Assembly: GCA_051117315.1 (NCBI GenBank)
Contig: JBNPEA010000045.1
Location: forward strand, 4,842-68,841
DNA length: 64,000 bases
Source of the DNA: Salinarimonas sp.
GTDB lineage: Bacteria > Pseudomonadota > Alphaproteobacteria > Rhizobiales > Beijerinckiaceae
Direction of reading: 5' to 3'
The notes under the pieces were generated by a model. It searched no databases, had not been told where the DNA came from, and saw only the letters and a program-made list of their open reading frames with translations. Below, piece by piece: positions 18,349 to 27,671 of the stretch; the stretch's first letter is position 1; each line of letters starts with the position of its first letter. A program made the translations under genes and the position numbers.

Positions 18349-19881
18349 ATGGCGCGCGCCGCCTCAGCCGTCTCGGCGACGCTCCTCGTCTCCGGCGCCG
18401 CCCTCGCCTCCCGCGTGCTGGGCTTCGTGCGCGACGTGCTGATCGCCGCCGCCCTCGGCGCGGGGCCGGTGGCGGACGCCTTCCTCGTCGCCCTGCGCCT
18501 GCCGAACCTCGCCCGCCGGGCGTTGGCGGAGGGCGCGCTGACGGCGGGCTTCGCGCCGATCTGGGCGCGGGTGCGCGACGGGCGCGGCGAGGCCGCCGCG
18601 GCGCGGCTCGGGGGAGAGGCATTCGCCGGGCTGGCGCTGCTCCTCGCCGGCGCCGTCGCGCTCGGCATGATCGGCGCCGGCGCCCTCGTGCTCGCGGTGG
18701 CCGCCGGGCTCGCGGGGGAGGGCGCCGCGCGGGTCCTCGCCGCGGACCTGACCCGGCTCGCGCTGCCGGCGATCGTCGCCTTCGGCTGCGCCGGGCTGCT
18801 GGCCGCCATGCTCGCCGCCCGCGGCCGGGTGACGGCGCTGGCGCTCGCCCCGCTCGCCACGAACACGACGCTGATCGCGGCCCTCTTGCTCGCGCCCGCG
18901 CGCATCCCCGATCCGGAGCGCCTCGCGGCGGTGCTGGCGGCGAGCGTCGGCCTCGCCGGGCTCGTGCAGCTCGCGATCGTCGCCGTCGCGGCCCGGCGGG
19001 CGGGCGTGATCGTCGCCGCCTGGCCGCGGCTCGGCCCGGAGATCCGCGCGGCGCTGGCGCTCGCCGGGCCGGCGCTGGTGACGGTGGCGAGCGTCGAGCT
19101 GATCCTGCTCGCGGGCACGCAGGTCGCTTCCTTCACGCCGGGGCTCGTCGCCCGGCTCTACTACGCCGAGCGGCTGGTGCAGCTGCCGCTCGGCCTGATC
19201 GCCACCGCCGCGACCGCGGTGCTGCTGCCGCGGCTCGCCGCGCGGGTTCGCGCCGGCGACACCGCCGGGCTCGGCCCGGCCCTCGCGAAGGCGCAGAACC
19301 GGGCGCTCGAGGCCGCGCTCCTCGTGGCCCTGCCCGCCGCGACGGCGCTGGTGATCCTGGCCGAGCCCATCGTCGCCGTGCTCTTCGCCCGCGGCGCCTT
19401 CGACGCCGCCGACGTCGCGGCCACCGCCGCCGTGCTCGCCGGCCTCGCGCTCGGCCTGCCGCCGGCGGCCGCGGGCAAGATCCTGCAGCAGGGCGCGTTC
19501 GCCCGCGAGCGCGCCCGCCCGGGCCTCGCCGCCACCCTGGCCGGAATCTGCGCCACGCTCGCGGCCGGGACCCCCCTCGTCGCCGCGCTGGGTCCGCTGG
19601 GGCTGGGGCTCGGCGTCGCGGCGGGGCTCCTCGCCCACGCCCTGGTGCTCGCGGCGATCGCCGCGCGTGCCGAGGGCTGGCGCCCCGATGCCCGCCTCGC
19701 CTCGACGCTGGCACGCATCGCCGCCGCATGCGCGGCGATGGCGCTGTGGCTCGCGCTCGTCGACGGCTGGACCGAGAGCCTCGGCGACACGGCGCGCCTC
19801 GCCCTCGCCTGCACGACCGGCGCCGCCGCCTACGCCGCCGCGGCGGTCGCGCTGGGCGTGGTGCGTGCCCCGTCTCGGTAG
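18349..19881 (+). CDS. murJ: lipid II flippase MurJ (MviN)
   Basis: Contains SGAALASRVLGFVRDVLIAAALGAGPVADAFLVALRLPNLARR and is a polytopic membrane protein of 510 aa. Confidence 0.9.
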   Translation: MARAASAVSATLLVSGAALASRVLGFVRDVLIAAALGAGPVADAFLVALRLPNLARRALAEGALTAGFAPIWARVRDGRGEAAAARLGGEAFAGLALLLAGAVALGMIGAGALVLAVAAGLAGEGAARVLAADLTRLALPAIVAFGCAGLLAAMLAARGRVTALALAPLATNTTLIAALLLAPARIPDPERLAAVLAASVGLAGLVQLAIVAVAARRAGVIVAAWPRLGPEIRAALALAGPALVTVASVELILLAGTQVASFTPGLVARLYYAERLVQLPLGLIATAATAVLLPRLAARVRAGDTAGLGPALAKAQNRALEAALLVALPAATALVILAEPIVAVLFARGAFDAADVAATAAVLAGLALGLPPAAAGKILQQGAFARERARPGLAATLAGICATLAAGTPLVAALGPLGLGLGVAAGLLAHALVLAAIAARAEGWRPDARLASTLARIAAACAAMALWLALVDGWTESLGDTARLALACTTGAAAYAAAAVALGVVRAPSR

Positions 19882-19963
19882 AAGACTACCCGCATTCCCG
19901 CCGCGGTGGGACGCCGGTTCTCCCCCGATGGGGAAGGAGCCTGCTCGTGCACGCCCGCGGCGT

Positions 19964-20770
19964 TCACCCCTCCGCCGGCGCGGGCGCGGCGCCACCGGCG
20001 AGGATGCCGCCGTCGAGGACGAGCTCGGCGCCCGTCATGTAGGTCGCCTCGTCGGAGGCGAGCATGACCGCGAGCGCCGCGACCTCCTCGGGGCGGCCGA
20101 AGCGCTTCATCGGGCAGTCCGCCAGCGCCGCGGCCTCGCGGGCGGCGCGCTCGGGACCGGCGCCGAGCACCGCCTCCCACATCGGGGTCATGATCGCGGC
20201 GGGGCAGATCGCGTTGGCGCGGATGGCGAGGCCCTGGCCGGCGCAGTAGAGCGCCACGCTCTTGGTGTGGTTGCGCACGGCCGCCTTGGCGGAGGCGTAG
20301 GCGGCCGCGCCGGGCACGCCGACCATCCCCGAGCGCGACGCGATGTTGACGATCGAGCCCGCCCCCGCCGGGCGCATGGCGCGGATCGCGTGCTTGCAGC
20401 CGAGGAACACGCCGTCGAGATCGACCGCGTGCACCGCCCGCCAGTCCGCCAGCGACGCGTGCTCGGGATCGTGCGGCACCATGCCGTTCTCGAATCCGGT
20501 GATGCCGGCGTTGTTGACGAGCACGTCGAGCTTGCCGCGCGCGGCGACGAGGTTGTCGACCGCCGCGATCCAGTCCGCCTCGTCGCGCACGTCGAGCCTC
20601 GTGTGCGCGGCGCAGGGGCCGAGCTGCTCGGCCTGGGCGGCGGCGCCGGCCTCGTCGATGTCGGTGACGAGCACGAAGGCGCCCTGCGTGGCGAAGGCCC
20701 GGGCGATCGCCGCGCCGATCCCCCGCGCGGCACCGGTGACGAGGGCGACCTTGCCGTTGAGGCGATGCAT
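19964..20770 (-). CDS. SDR-family oxidoreductase (3-oxoacyl-ACP reductase-like)
   Basis: This is the C-terminal part of ORF 19964..21583. The ATG at the complement of 20768-20770 gives [21 protein letters not shown]. Also has NNAG and YASAKAAV. Confidence 0.9.
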   Translation of the reverse strand: MHRLNGKVALVTGAARGIGAAIARAFATQGAFVLVTDIDEAGAAAQAEQLGPCAAHTRLDVRDEADWIAAVDNLVAARGKLDVLVNNAGITGFENGMVPHDPEHASLADWRAVHAVDLDGVFLGCKHAIRAMRPAGAGSIVNIASRSGMVGVPGAAAYASAKAAVRNHTKSVALYCAGQGLAIRANAICPAAIMTPMWEAVLGAGPERAAREAAALADCPMKRFGRPEEVAALAVMLASDEATYMTGAELVLDGGILAGGAAPAPAEG

Positions 20771-20919
20771 GGGCGGGCTCCTGCGATCGGGTTGGTACCG
20801 CCGGCACCGCTCGCGCCTTCGGCCCGGCGCTCTTACGCGTTCCGCGCGAGCCGGTCGAGGCTGGAGCCTTGCGGGACGTGGGAGGCTGACATGCGCCGGT
20901 ACGGGGCGCGGCGCCGCGT

Positions 20920-21825
20920 TCACAAACTCAACCCCGCATCCCAATACGGCGTCGGCCCGTAGAGCCCCTCCAGGTAATCGATGAACGCCCGCGTCTTCTG
21001 CTCGAGGTGCCGCCGGCTCGGGTAGACGGCGTGGATGGCGACGCGGGCGGAGGAGCGCCAGGCGGGGAGCACGCGCACCAGCGCGCCGGACTTCAGCTCC
21101 GGCCCCACGTCCCAGGTCGAGCGCAGGGCGATGCCGGCGCCCGAGAGCACCGCCTCGCGCACCACCTCGCTCGAGTTGGTGCGCAGCGGCGAGGCGATGC
21201 GCACCGTCTGCGGCCCGCCCGGCCCGTCGAGCCGCCATTCCGGCGTGCCGTGGACGAGGAGCGTGTGATGGGCGAGCGTCGCGAGGTCGGCGGGCGTGCC
21301 GCGCTCGGCGAGGTAGCCCGGCGTCGCCACGAGCACCCGGTGGCTCGGCGCGAGCTTCTTGGCGATGAGGCTCGAGTCCGAGAGGTCGGCGATTCGGATG
21401 GCGAGGTCGAGCCCCTCGGCGACGACGTCGACGAAGCCGTCCGAGAGCGCGAGATCCACCGTCACCTGCGGGTTGGCGTCGAGGAAGCGCTTGAGGTGCG
21501 GCGCCACGTGCATGCGCCCGAAGGAGGTCGGCGCCGAGACCCGCAGCAGGCCGCGCGCCTCCGCCGCGCCCGACATCGCCCACGCCTCCGCCTCCTCCAC
21601 CGAGGCGAGGATCGCCACCACGCGCTCGTGGAAGCCGCGCCCCGCCTCGGTCAGCGCCAGGCTTCGTGTCGTGCGCTGCAGGAGCCGCACGCCGAGCCGC
21701 TCCTCCAGCCGGCGGATGCGCTTGGAGACCACGGCCGGCGAGAGCCCGAGCTCGCGCCCCGCAGCCGACATGGAGCGCGCCGCGACGATGCGCGCGAAGA
21801 TGTCGAGATCACCCAGGCGGTCCAT
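20920..21825 (-). CDS. LysR-family transcriptional regulator
   Basis: Start refined to [41 protein letters not shown] (complement of 21823-21825). Divergent from glcD. Confidence 0.85.
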   Translation of the reverse strand: MDRLGDLDIFARIVAARSMSAAGRELGLSPAVVSKRIRRLEERLGVRLLQRTTRSLALTEAGRGFHERVVAILASVEEAEAWAMSGAAEARGLLRVSAPTSFGRMHVAPHLKRFLDANPQVTVDLALSDGFVDVVAEGLDLAIRIADLSDSSLIAKKLAPSHRVLVATPGYLAERGTPADLATLAHHTLLVHGTPEWRLDGPGGPQTVRIASPLRTNSSEVVREAVLSGAGIALRSTWDVGPELKSGALVRVLPAWRSSARVAIHAVYPSRRHLEQKTRAFIDYLEGLYGPTPYWDAGLSL

Positions 21826-21836
21826 TCTCGGCCTCG

Positions 21837-21859
21837 ATTGTGTCACAGGGGGAAACAAT
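21837..21859. promoter_or_regulatory. candidate LysR box ATTGT-N13-ACAAT in the LysR/glcD divergent region
   Basis: ATTGTGTCACAGGGGGAAACAAT read directly. It fits the T-N11-A core style of LysR sites. Function is inferred. Confidence 0.35.
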
Positions 21860-21964
21860 CTAGCGCAGGCGACGCCTCTGTTAAGCGCCGCGTGTTCGGC
21901 CTATGGTGCGCAAAAGGAACTCGTCCACACGAGACGAGAAACGCCACGACGAGGAGGACGCGCC

Positions 21965-23413
21965 ATGACGATCGCCTTCCCGGCCCCCGACGCCGCCATC
22001 CTGGCGCGGCGCGACGCCATCCTCGCGGGGCTCGCGCCGCTGGTCGCGCCCGACGCGCTGATCGTCACCGAGGACGAGCGCCGCGCCTTCGAGACCGACG
22101 CCCTCACCGCCTATCGCCGCCTGCCGATGGCGGTGGTGCTGCCGTCTTCCACCGAGGAGGTCTCGGCCGTGATGCGGTTCTGCAGCGAGAACGGGGTGAA
22201 GGTGGTGGCCCGCGGCGCGGGCACCTCGCTCGCCGGCGGCGCGATCCCGCAGGAGGACGCCATCGTCATCGGCGTCTCGAAGCTCAACCGCGTGCTGGAC
22301 ACGAGCTTCGCCGACCGCACCATGCGGGTCCAGTCCGGCATCACCAACCTCGCGATCTCGCAGGCCGTGGCGCACGAGGGCTTCTTCTACGCCCCCGACC
22401 CGTCGAGCCAGCTCGCCTGCACCATCGCCGGCAACGTCGCGATGAATTCCGGCGGAGCGCATTGCCTGAAGTACGGCGTGACCACGAACAACCTTCTCGG
22501 GCTCACGGTCGTGCTGGTGGACGGCACGGTGGTGGAGATCGGCGGGGACATGCCGGACGCGCCCGGCTACGACTTCCTCGGCCTGATGACGGGCTCGGAG
22601 GGCCAGCTCGGCATCGTGACGGAAGCGACCGTGCGCATCCTGCGCGCCGCGGAGGGCGCGCGCCCGGCGCTGATGGGCTTCGAGTCGGTCGAGGAGTGCG
22701 GCGCCTGCGTCGCGGCGATCATCGGCGCGGGCATCATCCCCGTCGCGCTCGAATACATGGACAAGCCCGCGATCGAGATCTGCGAGGCCTTCGCGCATGC
22801 GGGCTATCCGCTCGACGTCGAGGCGATGCTGATCATCGAGGTGGAGGGCTCCGAGGAGGAGATCGAGGACGCCTTCGCGCGCATCGTCGCCATCGCCGAG
22901 CCGTTCCATCCGCGGACGCTGAAGGTGGCGCAGACCGAGGCCGAGGCCGCGGCGATCTGGAAGGGCCGCAAGTCCGCCTTCGGCGCCACGGGCCGCGTCG
23001 CCGACTACATTTGCATGGACGGCACCATCCCCACCGGGCAGCTGCCGGTGGCGCTCCGGCGCATCGACGAGATCGTCGAGGGCTACGGGCTCGGGGTCGC
23101 CAACGTCTTCCACGCCGGCGACGGCAACCTCCATCCGCTGGTGATGTTCGACACCAACAAGCCGGGCGAGATGGAGAAGGCGGAGGCCGCGGGCGAGGAC
23201 ATCCTGCGCCTGTGCGTCGAGCTCGGCGGCTGCCTCACCGGCGAGCACGGGGTCGGCATCGAGAAGCGCGACCTGATGACGACGCAGTACAATGGCGAGG
23301 ACCTCCGGCAGCAGCTGCGCGTGCGCGGCGTGTTCGATCCGCTCTGGCTGCTGAACCCGGCGAAGGTGTTCCCGCTGGAGGGCCGCGATCTCGACGGGCG
23401 GGAAGCGGCGTGA
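21965..23413 (+). CDS. glcD: glycolate oxidase FAD-linked subunit GlcD
   Basis: Start refined to the ATG at 21965 (MTIAFPAPD). FAD-binding type-4 domain (VVARGAGTSLAGGAIP) and a C-terminal GEHGVGIEKRD. Confidence 0.9.
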   Translation: MTIAFPAPDAAILARRDAILAGLAPLVAPDALIVTEDERRAFETDALTAYRRLPMAVVLPSSTEEVSAVMRFCSENGVKVVARGAGTSLAGGAIPQEDAIVIGVSKLNRVLDTSFADRTMRVQSGITNLAISQAVAHEGFFYAPDPSSQLACTIAGNVAMNSGGAHCLKYGVTTNNLLGLTVVLVDGTVVEIGGDMPDAPGYDFLGLMTGSEGQLGIVTEATVRILRAAEGARPALMGFESVEECGACVAAIIGAGIIPVALEYMDKPAIEICEAFAHAGYPLDVEAMLIIEVEGSEEEIEDAFARIVAIAEPFHPRTLKVAQTEAEAAAIWKGRKSAFGATGRVADYICMDGTIPTGQLPVALRRIDEIVEGYGLGVANVFHAGDGNLHPLVMFDTNKPGEMEKAEAAGEDILRLCVELGGCLTGEHGVGIEKRDLMTTQYNGEDLRQQLRVRGVFDPLWLLNPAKVFPLEGRDLDGREAA

Positions 23414-24588
23414 CGACCCATAGCCCCGCGAGCGAGGACGAGGTCCGCGCCCTCGTCGCCGACGCCGCCGCCGGCGCGACGCCGCTCGCCATCGCCGGCG
23501 GCGCCACCAAGGCGGCGGTCGGCCGCCCGGCGCAGACGCAGTCGACGCTCTCCACGCGCGGCCTGTCCGGCGTGACGCTCTACGAGCCTTCGGAGCTGGT
23601 CATCGCCGCCCGCGCCGGCACGCCGCTCGCCGAGGTCGAGGCGACGCTGGCGCAGAAGGGCCAGCGCCTCGCCTTCGAGCCGGCGGACTGGCGGGCGCTG
23701 CTGGGAACCGAGGGCGAGCCGACGATCGGCGCCGTGGCGGCTGCCAACGTGTCGGGCCCCCGGCGGATCATGGTCGGCGCGGCGCGCGATGCGCTCATCG
23801 GCGTGCGCTTCGTCAACGGCCGCGGCGAGGCGGTGAAGAACGGCGGGCGGGTGATGAAGAACGTCACCGGGCTCGACCTGGTGAAGACGCTCAGCGGTTC
23901 CTGGGGCACGCTCGCGGTGCTCACCGAGGTGACCTTCAAGGTCCTGCCGATCCCGGAGCGGACGGCGACGCTGGTCTATTCCGGCCTCGACGACGCCCGC
24001 GCGATCGCGGCGCTGTCCGCGGCGCTGGGCTCGCCCTTCGAGGTGACGGGTGCCGCGCACGTGCCGGGCGACGGCGGCGGGGCGGGGACGCTGGTGCGCA
24101 TCGAGGGCTTCGAGGCGTCGGTGCGCTACCGCCTGGGCGAGCTGCGCGCGCTGCTCTCGGATTGGGGCGACCCGGCGCTCGTCGAGGACGTCGACGGCGA
24201 GGCGCTGTGGCGTGGTGTGCGCGACGTGGCGCCGCTGGTCACGCCGCCCGAGCGCGCGGTGTGGAAGATCTCGACGGCGCCCTCCCGCGGCCCGGCGCTC
24301 GCCGCCGCGATCGGGGCGCAGACCGAGGCGCGCTGGCTCTACGATTGGGGCGGCGGGCTCGTCTGGGTCGCCACCCCGGCCGACGAGGCGGCGGCGCGGG
24401 CGGTCCGCGCGGCGACGGTGGCGCACCAGGGCCACGCGACGCTGGTGCGCGCCCCGGCGGACCTGCGCGCGGCGGTCGACGTGTTCGAGCCGCTCACCGC
24501 GCCGATGATGACGCTGACGAAGGGCCTGAAGGCGAGCTTCGACCCGAAGGGCATCTTCGAGCCGGGGCGGATGTACGCGGGGGTTTGA
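23410..24588 (+). CDS. glcE: glycolate oxidase FAD-binding subunit GlcE
   Basis: GTG at 23410 overlaps the glcD stop by 4 nt. Contains VTTHSPASEDEVRALV...AIAGGATKAAVGRP...MKNVTGLDL and sits in the frame of ORF 21007..24588. Confidence 0.85.
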   Translation: MTTHSPASEDEVRALVADAAAGATPLAIAGGATKAAVGRPAQTQSTLSTRGLSGVTLYEPSELVIAARAGTPLAEVEATLAQKGQRLAFEPADWRALLGTEGEPTIGAVAAANVSGPRRIMVGAARDALIGVRFVNGRGEAVKNGGRVMKNVTGLDLVKTLSGSWGTLAVLTEVTFKVLPIPERTATLVYSGLDDARAIAALSAALGSPFEVTGAAHVPGDGGGAGTLVRIEGFEASVRYRLGELRALLSDWGDPALVEDVDGEALWRGVRDVAPLVTPPERAVWKISTAPSRGPALAAAIGAQTEARWLYDWGGGLVWVATPADEAAARAVRAATVAHQGHATLVRAPADLRAAVDVFEPLTAPMMTLTKGLKASFDPKGIFEPGRMYAGV

Positions 24589-24785
24589 GGATGGTGCCCG
24601 AAACCGCCCCTCAGGGGAGGTCGGCGCCCGAAGGGCGCCGGGTGGGGGCGAGCGGTTGAGGGTGAGCGGACGTGGGCGGCGCTCGACCGATCGCCCCCAC
24701 CCGTCCGCTGCGCGGACGACCTCCCCGTCGGGGAGGTGTCGGCGCGGCGGACTTCATCGATGGCGAGAGACGCGAGAGCAGGCGT
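24589..24785 (+). repeat. structured GC-rich spacer inside the glcDEF operon (array of perfect short hairpins; REP/mosaic-element-like)
   Basis: Hairpins: GGCGCCC-GAA-GGGCGCC (24623-24639), CGTCCGC-TGC-GCGGACG (24702-24718), ACCTCCCC-GTC-GGGGAGGT (24719-24737). Direct repeat GGGGAGGT(GT)CGGCGC at ~24614 and ~24730. GGGGGCGA (24644-24651) can pair with TCGCCCCC (24691-24698). Confidence 0.5.
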
Positions 24786-26147
24786 ATGCAGACCAACTTC
24801 ACACAAGAGCAGCTCCGCGACCCCGCGACCCGCGAGTCCGAGAAGATCCTGCGCACCTGCGTGCATTGCGGGTTCTGCACCGCGACCTGCCCGACCTATC
24901 TCCTGCTCGGCGACGAGCTCGACAGCCCGCGTGGCCGCATCTACCTGATGAAGGACATGCTGGAGAACGGCAAGCCGGCCAATGCGGAGGTGGTGAAGCA
25001 CATCGACCGCTGCCTGTCCTGCCTCTCCTGCATGACCACCTGCCCGTCGGGGGTGCACTACATGCACCTCGTCGATCACGCCCGCGCCTATATCGAGCAA
25101 ACCTACCAGCGGCCCTGGCACGACCGGCTGCTGCGGAGCGTCCTCGCCGCGATCCTGCCCTACCCGCACCGCTTCCGGCTGGCGCTGATCGGCGCGAAGC
25201 TCGGCGCGCCGTTCAAGTCCGTGGCGCGGGCGATCCCGCTCGTCGGCCCCCGCCTCGCCGGCATGCTGGATCTCGCGCCGAAGCGCCTGCCGTCGCGCTC
25301 GGCGATCGACGGGCCGCAGGTGTTTCCCGCGGAGGGCGCGCGGCGCGGGCGGGTGGCGCTGCTGCAGGGCTGCGCCCAGCGGGTGCTCGATCCGGGCATC
25401 AACGAGGCCACGATCCGGCTGCTGACGAGGAACGGCATCGAGGTGGTGCAGGCGAAGGGCGAGGGCTGCTGCGGTGCGCTCGTCCACCACATGGGCCGCG
25501 AGCACGCGGGCCACGGCTTCGCCGAGCGCGCCATCGACGTCTGGACCCGCGAGATCGAGGGCGAGGGGCTCGACGCGATCGTGATCACGGCGTCGGGCTG
25601 CGGCACCACGATCAAGGATTACGGCTTCATGCTGCGCGAGAACGCCGCCTATGCCGACAAGGCGAAGCGGGTCTCGGAGCTGGCGAAGGACGTGACGGAA
25701 TACGTCACCACGCTGAAGGTCGTCGCGCCGGCGCGGGACGTGTCGGGCCTCACGGTGGCCTATCATTCCGCCTGCTCGATGCAGCACGGCCAGCAGATCC
25801 GCATCGAGCCGAAGACGCTGCTCAAGAAGGCGGGCTTCACCGTGAAGGACGTTCCGGAGGGCCACATCTGCTGCGGCTCGGCCGGCACCTACAATCTGCT
25901 CCAGCCCGAGATCGCCGGGCAGCTGCGCGCCCGCAAGGTGGCCAACATCGAGAAGACGAGGCCCGACCTGATCGCCACCGGCAACATCGGCTGCATGACC
26001 CAGATCGGCAAGGGCACCGACATCCCCATCGTCCACACCGCCGAGCTGCTCGACTGGGCCGGCGGCGGGCCGTTGCCGCGGGCGCTGGAGGAGGCCGGCT
26101 GGGACGATCGCGCCATGGCCGGCGCGGCGCGCGAGGCGGCGGAATAG
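24786..26147 (+). CDS. glcF: glycolate oxidase iron-sulfur subunit GlcF
   Basis: Start refined to the ATG at 24786 (MQTNFTQEQL). Contains CVHCGFCTATCPTY and CLSCLSCMTTCPSGV ferredoxin-type motifs plus CCG domains. Confidence 0.9.
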   Translation: MQTNFTQEQLRDPATRESEKILRTCVHCGFCTATCPTYLLLGDELDSPRGRIYLMKDMLENGKPANAEVVKHIDRCLSCLSCMTTCPSGVHYMHLVDHARAYIEQTYQRPWHDRLLRSVLAAILPYPHRFRLALIGAKLGAPFKSVARAIPLVGPRLAGMLDLAPKRLPSRSAIDGPQVFPAEGARRGRVALLQGCAQRVLDPGINEATIRLLTRNGIEVVQAKGEGCCGALVHHMGREHAGHGFAERAIDVWTREIEGEGLDAIVITASGCGTTIKDYGFMLRENAAYADKAKRVSELAKDVTEYVTTLKVVAPARDVSGLTVAYHSACSMQHGQQIRIEPKTLLKKAGFTVKDVPEGHICCGSAGTYNLLQPEIAGQLRARKVANIEKTRPDLIATGNIGCMTQIGKGTDIPIVHTAELLDWAGGGPLPRALEEAGWDDRAMAGAAREAAE

Positions 26148-26302
26148 CGGACGTCCTCACCGTTAACCGCATCGCTTAAGCGGCCGTTGATAATGATTCG
26201 ACGAAGGCCGTGCGAAATCCCGCGCGGGCCTGCGCGACTCACCAAGCGGCAATCTCCCGTCCCGCATCGTCCCCGCGTCCTGGATGAGACGGGGGCGGAT
26301 CG

Positions 26303-27211
26303 ATGCGGGCTCGGGGCGGACGGCGTGGGTATGCGAGGGGCCTCGTGCGGCTCGCGACCGCGCTCGCGCTGCCGGCGCTCGCCGCGATGTCGCCGGCAGC
26401 GGCCTCGCCTGCGGCGGAGATCGAGGCCGCGCCGATGGTCACGGCCGAGCTCGGCGGCGGCTTCATCGAGTTCCTCTTCGGGCGCGACGGCGCGCTGCGG
26501 CCGCAGCCGGAGCCCCGGAACGCGGCGCCGGTTCGAGCCGCACCCGCTCCCGTGCAAATCACGCCTCCCGCGGCCGATTCCACGAGTGTCCTCGCCGCGC
26601 CGGGGGTCGGCACGAGCTTCTGCGTGCGCACCTGCGACGGCTATGCCTTTCCCCTCGGGACGCTGCGCGGACGACGCGACGCGGACCTGCATCGCCGCGC
26701 CTGCGCCGCCGCCTGCCCGGGCGCGCCGACGGCGTTGTTCGTCGGCTCCCGCAACGCCGGCTTCGCCGCCGCTCGCTCACTGGACGACGGCACGCCCTAC
26801 CGCGCGCTGGCGACCGCCTTCCTGCATCGGCGCGAGCGCGTGCCCGAGTGCGGCTGCGGCATGATGGAGGTCCCGGCCGCACGCTGGGCCGAGGGCGACG
26901 CGACGCTGCGGCGGGGCGACGTGGTGGTCACCGCCACGGGCGCGCTCGTCTTCGACGGCGGGCGGCTCGTGGACTTCCGCGAGAGCCGCGCCGCCGGCTC
27001 GGCGCTGCGCCGCAAGATCGACGACCGTCTCGGCCTGACCGTCCGCGAGGCCAGCCGCGCCGCCTGGCTGCGCGCCCGGGCGGGCGCGGACCACGCCGAG
27101 CCGGAGCCCGGCCCGTCCGCCGCGGCGCCCGTTTCGCAGCCTCTGCCGCCTGAACGCCCGCAGGAGGCCGTTCGCATGGCCGAGGGCCTCCCGCCGGCGC
27201 CGATCGAGTGA
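26303..27211 (+). CDS. secreted Cys-containing protein, DUF2865-like
   Basis: Signal-like N-terminus (LVRLATALALPALAAMSPAAA). FCVRTCDGYAFPLG...ACAAACPGAP matches my memory of the alphaproteobacterial DUF2865 family. Confidence 0.65.
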   Translation: MRARGGRRGYARGLVRLATALALPALAAMSPAAASPAAEIEAAPMVTAELGGGFIEFLFGRDGALRPQPEPRNAAPVRAAPAPVQITPPAADSTSVLAAPGVGTSFCVRTCDGYAFPLGTLRGRRDADLHRRACAAACPGAPTALFVGSRNAGFAAARSLDDGTPYRALATAFLHRRERVPECGCGMMEVPAARWAEGDATLRRGDVVVTATGALVFDGGRLVDFRESRAAGSALRRKIDDRLGLTVREASRAAWLRARAGADHAEPEPGPSAAAPVSQPLPPERPQEAVRMAEGLPPAPIE

Positions 27212-27248
27212 GCACGGGCGTGCGCGGCGACACCGGCATCGCGCGGGA

Positions 27249-27566
27249 TCAGTTGAACACGGCCTCGTAGACCCGCTTGCCGTTCAGCTTGCCGACGTCC
27301 TGCATCGCGGGGACGACGGGAGTGATGAAGACACCCTCCATCAGCCCCTTCTTGGGATGCCGGATGTTGTACATCTGGTTGTCGAGGATCGGCGTCGGCG
27401 GCGTGATGAACAGGATGGCGAAGGCGCGCCGGCGCGCCGGCAGGCCCGGATAGGGCGACAGCCGCGCCCCGATCAGCTCCATCTCCACGCGCCCGCCCGT
27501 GCCTTCGAGCACGAAGGTCTTGCCGGTCTCGTCCTTGAAGTCCTCGTAGGTCAGCTGATCCAGCAT
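27249..27566 (-). CDS. small hypothetical protein (105 aa), possibly DUF6916-like
   Basis: MLDQLTYEDFKDETGKTFVLEG...RRAFAILFITPP...YEAVFN. The overall pattern and the C-terminal YEAVFN resemble a small beta-rich family that I recall as DUF6916, unverified. Good GC3 bias. Confidence 0.5.
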   Translation of the reverse strand: MLDQLTYEDFKDETGKTFVLEGTGGRVEMELIGARLSPYPGLPARRRAFAILFITPPTPILDNQMYNIRHPKKGLMEGVFITPVVPAMQDVGKLNGKRVYEAVFN

Positions 27567-27671
27567 GCCCGCCTCCCGTTGCGTCGAGCAGGGATAGCGT
27601 GACTTGCCCGGCTGCGAAACCTCAGGTGCTGTCTGTCCAACCCGAAATCGGTGATGCGTCCGCGGTTTTCC

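Noticed and set aside
24672-24785. N-terminal extension of the glcF ORF (GTG at 24672, MGGARPIAPTRPLRGRPP...).
   Set aside because: The extension is Arg/Pro/Gly-rich and coincides with the hairpin array. GlcF homologues begin near MQTNFT, so the ATG at 24786 was chosen.
26163-26182. CtrA-box-like TTAA...TTAA and the palindrome CGCTTAAGCG upstream of the DUF2865 gene.
   Set aside because: The spacing is TTAA-N9-TTAA, not the TTAA-N7-TTAAC of CtrA sites. A single 10-bp palindrome without context is weak evidence.
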